DNA of 63,043 bases, filler included, from Octopus bimaculoides (GCF_001194135.2; 4 parts of 4 records of this genome joined end to end with filler, not necessarily neighbours in it), one strand, 5' to 3'. Positions 21,495 to 35,781 are shown, counted from the first letter of the whole stretch. Numbers and translations: made by a program. Notes: generated by a model from the letters alone, not told the origin.

Positions 21495-24400
21495 TTAATA
21501 CATTCCAGTGTAACTGCAACATGGTATAAGAGCCTTTTTACTACAGGAATAGTTAGCAGAGAAAATTCTCCACTGGACTTGTGCAAACACATTGAACTAA
21601 GAAACCAACTCAGTCACAATTGAGCTGATTTTAGTGATTGATGAAGTGCAAAGATGTAGAAATTCATGTGTCCTACAATCAAATGGTGTCACAACTCCAA
21701 AATACAATGTGTATTTTTATACAAGTCTTGGTGGAGAATTTTCTCCCAGGAATACTTTTGCAGCAAAATCTCTTTATCATGTCCAATTAAACTCCAACTT
21801 GTTGCACATGACATATTTTATTCCATGTTGCTTGGTATGACATTATTAATTTAATATTTATCATTTCTATAATAACTTGACTTGTTCTTTATTTTATCAA
21901 CTCTGAAAAGATAAAGGCACAATTGGTCTCTATAGAATTTGAAATAAAACTTTATTACAGGATTTTTGTAAAAAATAGCTCAAATTTCATTTAAGTTAGA
22001 GATCCAGTTTTGTGAAGCAAATCCATCTTAACAAAATAATAGAAAAACTAAGTGAAATTGTTTCTACAACAATGCTTTTGCAATCATGTCTCTGATCTCT
22101 GGCTAAACATGCCATTTGGTGTACAATCCGTTACTCCCTCCCCCATCTTCTGGTTCTTAACTCCCCCACCCCCACTTTTTTCTTTTTTTTTTTCATTTCC
22201 TTAATAAAGTAGTTTTTTTCTTTTCTTGATAAATGTGATTTTTTTACACTGTTAATGTTTTTTTCTTTCTTTTCTTCCTGTAAAAATATTTTGTTAATAA
22301 AAACAAAGTCTAATCCCCTTTCCCTCCCCTCCAAAAGACAAAAAAATGACTGGAATATGTCGACAGTACATTCTCTTAGATGTGTCTCAAGAAAAAAAAA
22401 TTCAATTCAACTTTTCTTCTTGTGGACACCAAATAATCTTTGTCCCAAAATTTGATTGCTTTGCCATGTCTGTGGACAGGTTCTTGTGCCGTAAAGAGAG
22501 GTGAAACAGAACTTCAGTCTATCTTTAACCCTTTAGCCATATCCAGCCAAAATATTCTACCAAATCTGGCCCCTCACACTTTCCCTACAATGTCATTCAA
22601 AAAATAAACTACCACATCATCAGAATCTTGAAGCTACAAGATAATTAATGATTAATTTTAAAAAATGCGAATGAATAAGCAGAATAATCCAAATATTAAA
22701 GGGTTAGGGACCACAAATTTATTTTATTTTACTTTACTTTTTTTTTAGTTTTGTAAATTACAAACCATCACTAGTTTGTTTGGTTTCAAATATTCTTTTT
22801 GCTGTTTAAAGTATGATATATTTTGATGAGAAACATCTTATTTTCTGTCTTTGTAACAAGTGAACCACAATAATAATTATATTATTATTATTATTATTAT
22901 TATTATTAGCCAAGCAAAAAAGAAAGCTAATTGTGAAAACATACATGTTATGTCTAATCTAATGCAAAAGCAACCAGTTTTCGAGTTAAGTCTACAGCCA
23001 GAGATATTTGTGAACTTTATTGATGAAATGCTTCTGAAATTAAAACAAAACAAACAAAAAAAATAAGGAAAATATATTATCTAACAGTAAAAAAGATATA
23101 TAAAAAAATATTTGAAAAAGCAACCATTTAACATAAAATTTTTTTTAAATTTTGTATTTCATTTTGTGCTTGAAATATGTTATTGAAAATGATTGCATTG
23201 AATTAAGAAACAAAGTATATATTTCCTCTTTGGATCCCTTTTCAATACCATGAAAATCTTTCTGTTCTATTGACACAAACCCAATATGTAAACAAAATAT
23301 TCTGTGATTGAATTATGCAAGATATTGAAAACTCAGCTTACATATTCATGTGGCGCTTGTCAAATGTTTTTTTTTTTGTTTTTGTTTTTTTGAACTTTAA
23401 TCAGCAACATGTGACTGTCTTTTCAATCTTCTATAAAATATACTTGTCTTGTCTGATGTGACTAAAAGCTTTTCCCCTTCTTGCTTATGAAACAATTGGA
23501 TGTACATTTGCAATTTTATAAACAAAATTTTATAAATAATTCCAACGTATCCGTTTCCTTCTTAAATTGACTTTCCATGTTAACCAGATTTTTTGTTTTT
23601 GTTTCTAGTCTCACAGGATTACAAGAGTGTTTCAAGGAGCCAAAAGATCGATTTGTCATTACTGGGGTGGGGCTGGGGGTGGATGAACCTCAAATGTTTC
23701 TTCATCTTCTTGATGAGACTCTTTGAGACTGTTTCTTATGGTTGAATACTCTTCCTGTCACCAACCCTTATTATTATTATTTTTTTTATGTGCTGTATTT
23801 TAATTCCACTGGTCTTTACGTATTGAAACCTACAAGCTATGAGAAGTGTTGTTTATAGGAAATGGTGTTAAGACTCATGGAAACAAACCCTCGCATATGC
23901 ATATCATCGTTATCATTTAACATCTGTGCTTTATGCTGGCACGGGTTGCACGCTTTGATTAAATCTAATGAATTCAAGAACTCCATCATGTTCCGCTTGT
24001 CTACCTTGGCAAGGTTTCTACAGCTGGACACCTTTCCTAATGCCAAACACTTTACAGAGTGTGGGTTGGGTGCTTTTCCATGCCACTTGCTGCACTATTG
24101 ACGTCTCCATGCAGCTTGTATGACTATGAACCCTAGGGGAGTTGGGGGACTCAGCTCCATGTTAGGTGACAAACGGGCTTTTGTACAGTTTCCATGTCCC
24201 AAGTGTTACTCACAAGGCATCGGGTTGGCTTGTGGTTATAGCTAAAAGATACTTGCTCAAATGTTTTTTTTTTCTTTTCTACTCTAGGCTCAAGGATTGA
24301 AATTTTTGGGGAGGGATGCACTCGATTAGATTGACCCTAGTACGCAACTGGTACTTAATTTATTGACCCAAAAGGATGAAAGGTAAAGTCGACCTCGGCG

Positions 24401-26160
24401 GAATTTGAACTCAGAACATAAAGACAGATGAAATATCACTAAGCATTTCTGCCAGCTCGCCTCTTTGCTCAAATTGTCACATGAATGGATTGAACCCAGT
24501 GTTACACAGTTGCAACCACAGCCATGCCTCTGCTGTTCACAGTTTGATTTACCAAAGGATGTTCTCTAATTGCATGTGCAGGTCTGTTTACTTCCCAACT
24601 GGTTCTTAGCTTCAAAGGATCTGTTTGATGATTAATGTATGGTAACATCATCATCATCATTTAACGTCTGCTTTCCATGCTGGCAAGCCAGAGGGCTGCA
24701 CCAGGTTCCAGTCTGATTTGACAAGATTTCTACGGCTGGATGCCCTTCCTAACATCAACCACTCTGAGAGTGTAGTGGGTGCTTTTTACGTGTCACCAGC
24801 ATGGGTGCCATTGACCCGACACTGGCATCAGCCATGACTACGGTCTCACTTGACTTGACTGGTCAACACAAGCATGGTATATTGCCAAGGGTCTTGGCCA
24901 CCTGACACTGTCTCTATGAAGCCCGGCATCGGCCACGACTACGATTTCAGTCTTACTGTAGACTCACCTGTCAGTTACATCTAACCATGTAAAATCCGTA
25001 CCTTTTAGAATGATTGACAAATTGAATGTCTGGTAGAATAACCCAGCATAATTATTGGGTGATAAATAAAGGCCAAGTAATTCAAAACAATGTGAATAAA
25101 TAAGTATTACATTTGACAAAGTAATTTGAATGCTAAAGGGTTAAACTTTATTAGCTGACTATCTTTATTCTCATTGAGTTATGTTGAAGAGGACGAGCCA
25201 TTTGATCTGTTGCATTTGATGTTGAATGGCTGTTATTGGGGCAACTGGAACATTTAACATCCACTTGCCGTGCTGGCATGGGTTGGACAGTTTGACTGAA
25301 AACTGGTAAGCCCAGCGGAGTTGCACCAGGTTCCAATCGGATTTGGCAAGGTTTCTACGGCTCTGGATGCCCTTCCTAATGCCAACCACTCTGAGAGTGT
25401 AGTGGGTGCAGCACTGACGTCAACCACGCTTGAATGGTGCTTTTTAAATGCCACCAGCATGGGAGCCAGTCAGGCAGCACTGGCAACGACCACACTTGAA
25501 TGGTACTTTTTACATGACAAGAAAATGTACGACTACAAAAAACACAAGTGAATGGACGTTCACCAGTTTTTTTGTTTTTTTTTAAATTTTATTTATTTAT
25601 TTTTTTCCAGTGTGTGTTTTAGTCAAATGAATCAACCCAAGTACCTATTTTTTTTTAAGCTAGCTACTTTATCGGTCTTGTTTTGCTGAACTGCTAAGTT
25701 ACACGGATGTAAACACACCAATATCGGTTGTCAAGCAGTGGTGGTGGTGGAGACAGATGCAGACACAAAGGTGCACACACACACACACATATATACAGAA
25801 AGTTGAAGTTTGGACAGCTCCCTGCTAGCCAATTCCATGTCAAACTGTCCAACCCATGCCAGCAATAAATGATGAAGTTATATATCATCATCATCATCAT
25901 CATCGTTTAACGTCCGCTTTCCATGCTAGCATGGGTTGGACGATTTGACTGAGGACTGGTGAAACCGGATGGCAACACCAGGCTCCAGTCTGATTTGGCA
26001 GAGTTTCTACAGCTGGATGCCCTTCCTAACGCCAACCACTCAGAGAGTGTAGTGGGTGCTTTTACGTGTCACCCGCACGAAAACGGCCACGCTCGAAATG
26101 GTGTCTTTTATGTGCCNNNNNNNNNNNNNNNNNNNNNNNNNNNNNNNNNNNNNNNNNNNN

Positions 26161-26172
26161 TTAATTAATTAA
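26161..26172. other. Assembly linker TTAATTAATTAA inside an N gap (also 42993-43004 and 55891-55902)
   Basis: An identical 12-mer with stops in all six frames, embedded in N runs three times. This is a technical spacer. Confidence 0.93.
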
Positions 26173-26216
26173 NNNNNNNNNNNNNNNNNNNNNNNNNNNN
26201 NNNNNNNNNNNNNNNN

Positions 26217-26249
<33 letters not shown>

Positions 26250-28267
26250 GTATACAAATTTATATATACATATATGTATATACATATGTGTGTGGTGTAT
26301 CTCTACACCTACAAACGGTCGTACATACACATATTCGCTTATACCCATATACACCTACATCCCTGTATGTATATAGAAACGTATATATATCCACACGTAT
26401 ATATCTGGACGCATGCTTATTATATTTGTGTTTCAAAGATCGTTCGCATTTTTTTATTGTGTAGCCGTCTTGCGCCTATGATGTCCCTTTAACATTTCAT
26501 CTTCTCAGTGATATTCCCTTTCGTTTTACTATTTTGTCTTCGCTTATTCACCGTTCTTCTTCTTTTCTTTATTGTTACAATGGTTATTGTCCCTTTCACT
26601 ATCCCTACATAATCCAGCAACTAGTAATCGCTCATGCTTTTCTGTGAGGGAGGTTTCTTCCGGAAACAATAGTCTTCCTTTAAATGACATCAAATGTTCT
26701 TCATCTTTTGAAAGCTTTTATAGGTGACTGTGATTTGCCTTTGTGAAAGAAGATTTAATAGAAATATACCTGAACATTATTACGAATGATAAATATAGCT
26801 GAATGACATTTTCAATGACCTTGTTTCAATTGGTCATATATCTCATGAAATTATAAATCTCTTTTTCTGTGCCTTAAATTTCTAGTTGTAACAAAATAAT
26901 ATAAAAGGTATTTTATGTAATGTCAGAAAGAATAACTCTCTATGAAGACGTATTTTTTGGAATTACAAAAATTGAAAATGAACAAGAAAATAGAATAAAA
27001 TGCTACAGTAATCCCAACAGAATACTGTCATTCAGAAGTTTGTAATCTTAGTGGAAAATTGTAACGTAGGTCATGTGTTATAATGGTTTGTTTTTCACGC
27101 CAAATTACGACCGTCACCCTGTGCATGCGTTTCCAGACACATATTCTCACACGTACACACAGACACAGACTGTTGTGTCGACGCCCCCAGGCGAAGAAGT
27201 AGGATCTCCCAAGACATATAAATAGAGGTAGTCTGACCGTGGTAGGAGTGCTGAGTAGCAGTCGATCAGCAGTTGTGTAGCGATTGAGTAGGTGCTAGAT
27301 AGCAGTAGCTTGATACATAACACAGACACACACACGCACTCACACAAACACATACACAAGCACACACATACACATACATAAATACACGCACACACAGTTG
27401 GCTGTAATGAAATCACCATTAATTTTTATCCATGAAAAATTAGCTGAAAATTCGCATCAAGAAGTGATGACATCCTGAAATTGTTTAGAAAACAGAAAAT
27501 AACACCCTAGAAGTTGATATAAATTTATCTTTCCCAATACTTGATCTGAGATTAATTCTACACCATATTAAATGTTTATAGAAATTTTTATCAAGTATTC
27601 CTACCTATCTTTATCATATCCTTCATGTCTGTTATCACATAGACCAAATGTAATGTAGTTAAAGGATCCATGACTAGTTTCTACTGAGGAGACCCAACCG
27701 TGCCGAAACAATCATGTTAATAAATAGTACGGAGAAAATACTTCGGTTGAAAAATAATTAATTGAAATTAAATATTGAAAAAAAAATCTGACATATTTTA
27801 TTTAGTCAACTACAGAAATTTTCGGAAAGATAGAAACACATCTCCAGTTAAAAGAAATGAGCAACCAATAACAAATCGTCTCTACAGTGTCACAGAAAAT
27901 GATTATCTTTGATTTTGTTCTGTATCCAGAAAAGTAAAACACTATTCACAGACTTAAAGAGGTTAACATGATTTTGACACAACCCTAAGAATTCACGGGG
28001 GAAAATAGAAAAGCGACAACCAGAGGCCTTATGTATTATTGGTAAGTTAACCATGAAAACTCTATTGTTTCATTCAGTCGACAGATATAAAAGCAAAAAA
28101 CATTAAACAAAAGCTAAACAAGACAAAAATAATGACAAATCAAATTTCTTTATCGGATTTCTTAAGCAGGCCTGACATCAAAGCAGCTATCTCACTTTAT
28201 CAAATTATCTTTTCTCTATCTTGTTGTGGTTGTTTCAGGTCTTATTTGTTTTGTTAGTTGTGGTTTT

Positions 28268-28269
<2 letters not shown>

Positions 28270-28334
<65 letters not shown>

Positions 28335-28370
28335 CGCCACCACCAACACCACCACCACCACCACCACCAA

Positions 28371-28437
<67 letters not shown>
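28270..28437. repeat. Compound microsatellite (CTA)n-(CCA)n-(CTA)n
   Basis: Read directly. It generates the poly-Y/H, poly-L/P and poly-T spurious ORFs. Confidence 0.97.
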
Positions 28438-28438
<1 letters not shown>

Positions 28439-29559
28439 TTATATGTTAACTGCGTATTTTCTCTATCACTTCCAACTCAGTTCCCTATCGCTCAATATCC
28501 CATCATCTAATCTTAGTTTTAATGTTGCTGCTGCTGCTACCTCTTCTATAGATAATGATCATGATGATGAGGATGCTGATGATAATCTTCATCATCACGA
28601 AGACTACGACGACGACAACGACGACGACGACGATGATGATGATGATGTATATTTTATTACCATAAGACATATCGACCAAGCAGTAGAGCAGCAGCCATAT
28701 CATTCATGTCATGTTCTTGCTATACTTCTTCAAGTGTTGCATCAGATTTGATTCATTAACACGTTTCATGCAGAGTAAAGAGAAAAAGAATAATAATGAT
28801 TTCTTATTAAAACAGGCCATAATGGAGTTTGCCACGCTTTAAGCGGGCTTTTATGGTGGGTTATATTTTATTATAGCTCCCCTATTTGATTGGTCCCAAG
28901 AGATGTGGCTTGATTTCAAAGCAGCAAAATACTGCAAAGCTTTTTCTCGGCTATTCTAGCTTTTCTGACATTGTAATTATTCCCAATAATTCTTTCTACT
29001 CTAGGCACAAGGCCGGAAATTTTTATGCAAGCAGCTAATCGATAACAGCGATGTGAGTGCAGGTTTGGTACTTATTTTATCAAACCAGTAAGAATAAATC
29101 GACCTCTGCGGTAGTTGAGCGCCGAACGTAAAGCCGGATCAAATGCTTCTTGATTCTGTCCGGCGTGTTGACGAATCTGCCAGCTCACCGCCTTATAATT
29201 ATTCCTAATAATAATTTCGATCTTCTTGCACAAGGCCAGCAATTTCGTATCCGTGTGTGGTAGTGGGTGGGCGTAATTCAATTAAATTGAACCACTGTAT
29301 TCAACTGGTACTTATTTTATTGACACCAAAAGGATGAAAGCAGATTCGAACTCGGAAAGGTGAAATGCTTACCGACATTTCATCTGTCATTCTAACTATT
29401 CTGCTAGTCGACAGCCTTAGAATTATATCTAACAATAATGATTTTAAGATCAGACTAATTTTTTTTCTGTCTACCCACAAGATTGTCACCATAAGTTTGA
29501 TACTCCATTCAAGATATTGCAAATTCTAGCAATGTTGTTACTATATATTACATATGCCT

Positions 29560-31400
29560 GGTGAACTGAGAGACAATTTGATAAGAAGATTTTTGAGATT
29601 TTTCGAAGGTTTTGCATATTTGTTGCATCAGTGGATAGCGGACGAGTGAGTCAAAAGCATTTCTGGTAATCGAAATGTGTACTGATTTCAATTTGAGCGA
29701 ATTTTTGTTGCTGCCTTTCTAATTGTTTTTGAACAGATCAAAGGGTTATTTTCAGATATCTTTTAATTGTTAAATGCAGCGATTGAAATCCATGTTGTGA
29801 TTTGGTGAGGTCAATGAGAAGGTTAGTGATATGAAGAATGTGACTGTTTCTAAATGTCTTATCAGCTTTATATACATCATCCTCTGTAACACTTAACACT
29901 TAGAACGGGCTCCCAGAGAACTCTGGCTTTCATCGGAAATAGTAGACGTTCATGGCGAATGAGGGAGCCAGGTTTCAGTACCTCAATAGATGACGCTGCA
30001 GGTCTTCATTTCATTTTCCTCTTTTGTTAGTGACCATAATATCATTTGTTAAACTTATTTATCTTTACTTCTCAGGGATCGCAAACTGATTTTTAAACTG
30101 AATTATGATAGAGTTGTATTCATCTAAGGAATGTTACCGTATATTTGCATGTTACATTAATGCTTTCCATAATGTGTCTTCTGCTGCGTTGAGCAGCTGG
30201 AGGTATAGTACAAGGCACTTACCTTTGTTTTTCTGAGAATAAACACAGCTTCAACGGCTTCAATGAATGAAAAGTTTGTGTAATTAGATCACTGTTCCAT
30301 TGTTCCACTATGCTAACTAGTGATGTTCGATTCTAATTTATGCTTGTTAGTCTCTTCCATTAGAAAGTCAATATCGTGAAAGTTGTATTGCTGTTTTAAC
30401 TTTTTGTAATTCAATGTACTCAACCTTCTGTGTTTTAAAGTATGAAGTCTATTTTCGATTCATTCATATATCCTTATTTCCGTGGCATGGCATTCAATTC
30501 TATAAGGTAGCATAATCGCTTCTTCTAATTGTATACCGGATATTGTAGCTATATCATCTGTGCAGTCTGCATCCGTCACAATAAAACCTTGATATCTTCG
30601 ACACTCTACTTGTTTCAGGCTGAATTATAATCCTTCCATAACTGTTATCATAGTACAGCCAAGTATCACTCTAAATAGGGATAAATACAGCTTCTACTTT
30701 GAAATATGTTGTCTGTCAACATCTGAGACGTTACTTTTGCTGATGAATTATCAGACATAATGACAATTTCCTTTATATTCATAATTGTTCTTCCATATAC
30801 TCTCACAATTTTGGAACAACTTGTTGGATTCTATTGCATCATTTACCAAGTTATATAAAAGAGATTGCTACTTGTAAATGTTTTGATTTGATTTGATTGC
30901 TACTTGTAAATGTTTTGATTTGAGTTTTTCAATTAATCTATATAGCAAAAAATGATGAGTGTGTAGACCAGTTTGTCCGAAATCCATTTTGATTTTTGCA
31001 AATGAGTTCTTTCATATGAAACATTAATCTTACTAGAATTACATCATTAGACAACTTTGAAAAGCACAAGAGCGTGATCCTTCTATGCTTTACACATTGA
31101 CGCAGTTTGTTTTTCTTTCTCAGTAAAGATGTCTTAATTTGCTATATTTCTGCTTTGAAATTATTTAGCGTTTTATTTTATATTTCACATTATTTTTTAT
31201 TTCTAATAAAGGCTCTCTAGGAATGTTATCAGTGGGAATGATATATTTTCATTTTAGATTATCATAAGCCTAACCTTTTCCTTCATTTCTCTTTTGTGAG
31301 GTAATTGATATCAATGGGTACTAAAAAACCAACAATTACTGTGATTCATTCTTCCGTTTACCTTGTGAAATTGATATTTAGTTCGATTATTACCTGCGAT
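29560..31400 (-). mobile_element. Old, heavily decayed RTE/RTE-X-like LINE
   Basis: Scattered minus-strand motifs appear in the correct order: KNQNGFRTNWST (about 30960-31010), RRYQGFIVTDADCTDDIA (a YADD relic, about 30545-30600), and a decayed C-terminal region. Boundaries are approximate. Confidence 0.6.
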
Positions 31401-33011
31401 GCAAATGGCTCGTTTATATCTATTACTTGCAAAAGCTTCTAATTTTTGTCCTTATTTCTTTCTTATTTTTCTTCTTTTAATTTCTTATTAAAAAATGAAG
31501 TTACTAGTCTAAATAATGCAAACTGAGCATAGCAATTTTACTACACGTTAACGGTCATTCAAATTCCACATGTTGGTAGAATAATTCTTCTTCCTGTTTC
31601 TCTTCATTGCAGAAGAATAATAGCATCCAAGTAGAAGCAACGTTTCATTATTACAGTCATGACAGAGGAGGTGGAGCATTGACCGACATTCATATAAAGC
31701 TACTGATTTTAAATGATGACAATATTAACAAAGGTAATTTTCGCAAATAGATAGTGTAAAGAAAGGAAAACTAGTATGGAAGACAAATCACGCTGTGAGA
31801 GATCATCAACTGCGATTACTAATTCAAATCACCATCGAGTGGACGAACTAATTCGCACCGGCAGACAACTTACTATGGAATGCGAAATGGCTTCACATCT
31901 TTCCTCCAAGACATCAGAAGTTCAAGATACAACAATCTGCGCAGAAATTCAAGATGACTATTTCTGAGTATAACAAGGACATCATTCTCTTTAATTTTCT
32001 TGCACATTGCGACACAGTGGGAACCGATCAGTTCCTCTACAACGCGGAAAGAAAACAGGAGTCATTCGGAGAAAGAGAGCGAACAAGTGTATGAAAATAA
32101 TCCGTATTAACCAAGGCAATGATTGACACCACACACATCTTTGGCAACAAATTCGACAATCGGCATATTGGGCTGGTCACTGGCCTACATCAGAGGTACT
32201 GCTGGGATTTGGCACCCTCTTACTTACTCCTGCTTGTTTGATGAAGGACAGTCAACAAGAACAACGATTTGATGTCACAGATTACAAAAATGGCTGGGAA
32301 ATACTTTGTGTAATATGGACATCTGAATTATTTTAAAGTTTATTCGAGAGTGAGGTTCCACTATGTCGTAAATCTATCGATTATGACGAGATGATGTCGA
32401 GCTGTATTTATACCGAAAAATACTCAAGCCGTATGTCCGAATTGAACGAGTTATGTCTGCTAATAAAAACGTTATACCAAATTTTTGTACAACACTTATA
32501 TTATTCTATGGTCATCTTCTATATATTTGTTAATTCTCCAACGTTTTCGAGTTTGATGTATTCTGTGTTTATGTTACGTTGTTGTTGGCTGTAGACATCT
32601 TTTCTGAAATTTACTTTTTTAACTATGATGCCGATCTTTTCAAATGATGCTTTTTTTAAAAATTTATTTTTGTGTGTCGTTTTAATGCTATATGGGACTT
32701 GTTAGCATGTCCGTAAGATTTGATTATGTTGATGCATATTGATTCGTCTAATCTGATGTATTCAATTGTCACTTGCTCGTATTTACTGTGTGCTTAGATG
32801 TCGTGTGCTATTTTTGTACTTTCACCATTACTTAAAGGATCCAGACATATCCAAGTAGTTTGTTAGATTAACTGTTGGCTGGAAATAACAAAAATACGGT
32901 CGCTTGAGTAGGTCGAATGAAACCTACAGTATGTTTCAGAGCTTCTTGCAAATTTATATGTATTCTGTCTGCACTTTGTACTCTGATATGATGTGATGTG
33001 TGTGTGTGTGT

Positions 33012-33048
<37 letters not shown>

Positions 33049-34773
33049 CAGGTTTGTGTGGAGATGCGTGGCCTAGCATCCAGGTTGTTGCACTCATAAC
33101 TTTAAAATTGTGGTTTCCATTCCTGGACCTAAAATAATCGGACAATCTTTTAGTTTCCAAGGTGATGCCAGGTCTCGCACAACTTATTCTGTGTATGACG
33201 ATGCAGTGAGAAAACTGAAAGTTGACACTTAACTGACTGAGGAGCAATAAGAACAACTTTGTTTTCTCGGTGTGTGAATATTTCATGAAACGCCCCTCAA
33301 CACTATTGCTGAAAGTCAATCGGAAATCCGGATGGCATTCTTGCACAAATCCAACCCATTTTCCAAAAATGTTCATAGTGAATAGTCCTTTCAGTCTCTT
33401 TTCGACTCGTGTTGTTCTGTACTCCATACACGAAGGTTTATGTTTCACACATTTTACACCCCGCATATACAACCAACTACAATTTCAGTACTACAATTTC
33501 TGATTGCTGTGTGCTTGTTTGCGCTGATTTCGCGAAACTGCTAATCTTGGCATCACACGACGCTTATATAGCAATTACACATATCACGTGGTTCATAGTT
33601 GTAGTGGTGGAGAGGTAGTGATGGGATGGTATTGGTTGGAAGGATATATGGTTAAAGCTACTATTAATGCAGATATTATTTCCCTTGCTTTCTTCAACGC
33701 TATACTTCATTTCTATAAATTCATTTCTTTAAGTCTTCGATATTAGACTTCTGTTGTCATTATTGTCGCAGGACGAGTGACTGCTGTTTTTCTTTTGTTA
33801 CTGTTCTTACTTTTCCATTGATTTTGTGTTCAAAATATATTTGTTTCGTATTAGTATTATTGTCGTTCATGATGCTTTGATTATTGCTTTTGCTGTTTTT
33901 ATTTTTACCTGTTGCTCCCATTTTGTTATCGTTATAGATTTTAATTTTACTTTCAAAGTCGATTTTTGTTAGTGTTAACTCTCCTTCATACTGCCGTGTT
34001 GCAGCACGACGCTACTGATGTTATATCTCTTTGAAAGCTTATTGTGTAAATTCGCTTTTCTCTTCCGTAACAAAAAGTTACAAAAGTAGGAGAGTATATC
34101 AGCGGTTCTAGTAGGAAGAATTTCAGGCCGCTTTTCAAATCCTTATTCCTATTCAAGCATTAAAAATTATGACATTTATACTGGGAAATATTGGTTTCCA
34201 AAGCTATCAATTTTTTTTTTTTTACCAAATAAACACACACACTATATACTTGTTTTAGTGCCCTTCGTCCGATATCTTTCGTCTCACACGCTGTGACCCC
34301 TTCAGCGATTCTTCCCACGTGTGTCCTCCTGTCCTGTTTAGTTCTTTCTGCCTTCCTAGACACGTGGAATGAAAATTCGTTGAAGATGTCACAAGATGTG
34401 TGAAAAAACATGTCAGAGAAAGGACTCTAAAATAAAAATGATAATAAAGCTAAAGTGCAGAAGGAGTATATAGTGCGGGTATTTATTTGGCAAAACAAAA
34501 TATGGCCATCCCGATATATAACAATATTTGTGATACCACATTTTTTAACATCAGGAATGTTGCAAAACGAATACGCAAACGTAAGATTTTCACATTATCA
34601 TTGATAAATGAGGCTAAACTCGAAGTAAAGTGGATGTTTAAGATCAGAGTTTTGGGATAGAATGAATAACGAAAGCAGTAACAACTAGAAAAAAAAACGA
34701 GGCCAGAATAACAACGAAAACAGAATGAGAAATGACAGCAATAATGATGATCTGTTTTATTTGCAACAGGCTA

Positions 34774-34775
<2 letters not shown>

Positions 34776-34831
<56 letters not shown>

Positions 34832-34850
34832 TAATAATAATAATAAAAAT
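34776..34850. repeat. (TAA)n microsatellite with no adjacent retroelement
   Basis: About 25 near-perfect TAA units. Confidence 0.95.
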
Positions 34851-35748
34851 AATGTCTGATTTAGGTATAAATTAAGTAATTTGAGCAGAGGAAAGTAGTC
34901 AATAGTGTCTGTACTTCGATTTATTATTCCCGCTTTTACATCAGTAATGCAGTAATATTATTTTACCTCATAAATGTAGTAATTTTATATTCATTTCATT
35001 TTCTTTTGTCTTTTTTCTTTGCGTGGGTATTGATTTAATACCCAAAAATGGAATGGCTAAGATTTGAAATTAGAACATAAAAGCCGGCGATAAGAGCATG
35101 AGGTATTTACTGAAACGAAGTAAGGATTCCGACAATCCACTACCCTCTGTAATTCCTTATAACATTAACATTAATAAATATATTTTTATTAGCTACTAGT
35201 TCTCGCTGAAATTCTCAAAAACTTCAAAATACTATTTCTCACGTTCTCCTTGTAGGTCATAAAGTGGTGCACACCCAAGAAAATGACATTTAGCCCTCTT
35301 GAATACCATATATTCATAAGTATATATAGGGTATTCATGGCAGGTACACATGCTAATGTGTGTGTGTTTGTGTGTGTGTTTTCGTGAGTGTTTACATGTT
35401 TGCATGTATGTATATACGTGATGGGTGTGTTTGGTTGTAACTATGTTTATGAGCGTGTGTATACAAGTAGAAACAGGTCCTTCTTTGTATAAGTTTCTTC
35501 ATGAATGCACGAGGGTGCGTATGTTGCATATATCTTCTTAGGACTAGAATTATTTAGAGAACAAGTAATGCCATTCATTACATTTCCGTTGAACATAACA
35601 TATCAAAAAAATATCAAATAATCCCTCGTTCATTTTCGCTATTTCCTACGAAATTTGTCACGGTGACTTTTATGTTAGCAGTAACTTCAAAAGCTCGCAT
35701 TTAGAGTCACATTAACACATCAATTGTCAACTACCATATCTCCATACA

Positions 35749-35781
<33 letters not shown>

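Noticed and set aside
26161-26172. TTAATTAATTAA 12-mer recurring three times (also 42993 and 55891)
   Set aside because: Always embedded in N runs and has stops in all six frames. It is an assembly spacer, not biology.
27140-27330. Possible solo LTR (TATAAATAG, GC-richer patch)
   Set aside because: No clear TG..CA ends, target duplication, poly(A) signal or second copy.
28221-28751. Long ORFs with poly-Y/H/L/P/T/D tracts (similar ones at 43001-43352, 45355-45549, 53889-54393)
   Set aside because: These are translations of trinucleotide microsatellites, which lack stops in some frames. There is no splice or codon support.
30873-30930. Small perfect tandem duplications (about 30 bp here, 18 bp at about 38470, 29 bp at about 47888, 14 bp x3 at about 36660) and an 11-bp hairpin at 52519-52542
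   Set aside because: Ordinary slippage or repair duplications inside decayed repeats, too short to be informative on their own.
32954-33472. 172-aa minus-strand ORF and an alternative frame faintly resembling a MULE-type transposase
   Set aside because: No catalytic motif could be matched with confidence, and the ORF ends in (CA)n. Left unassigned.
35256-35343. Exon-like segment ttgtAG|VIKWCTPKKMTFSPLEYHIFISIYRVFMA|GTacac
   Set aside because: Weak donor, no recognisable homology, no compatible neighbouring exons. Expected by chance in 47 kb.
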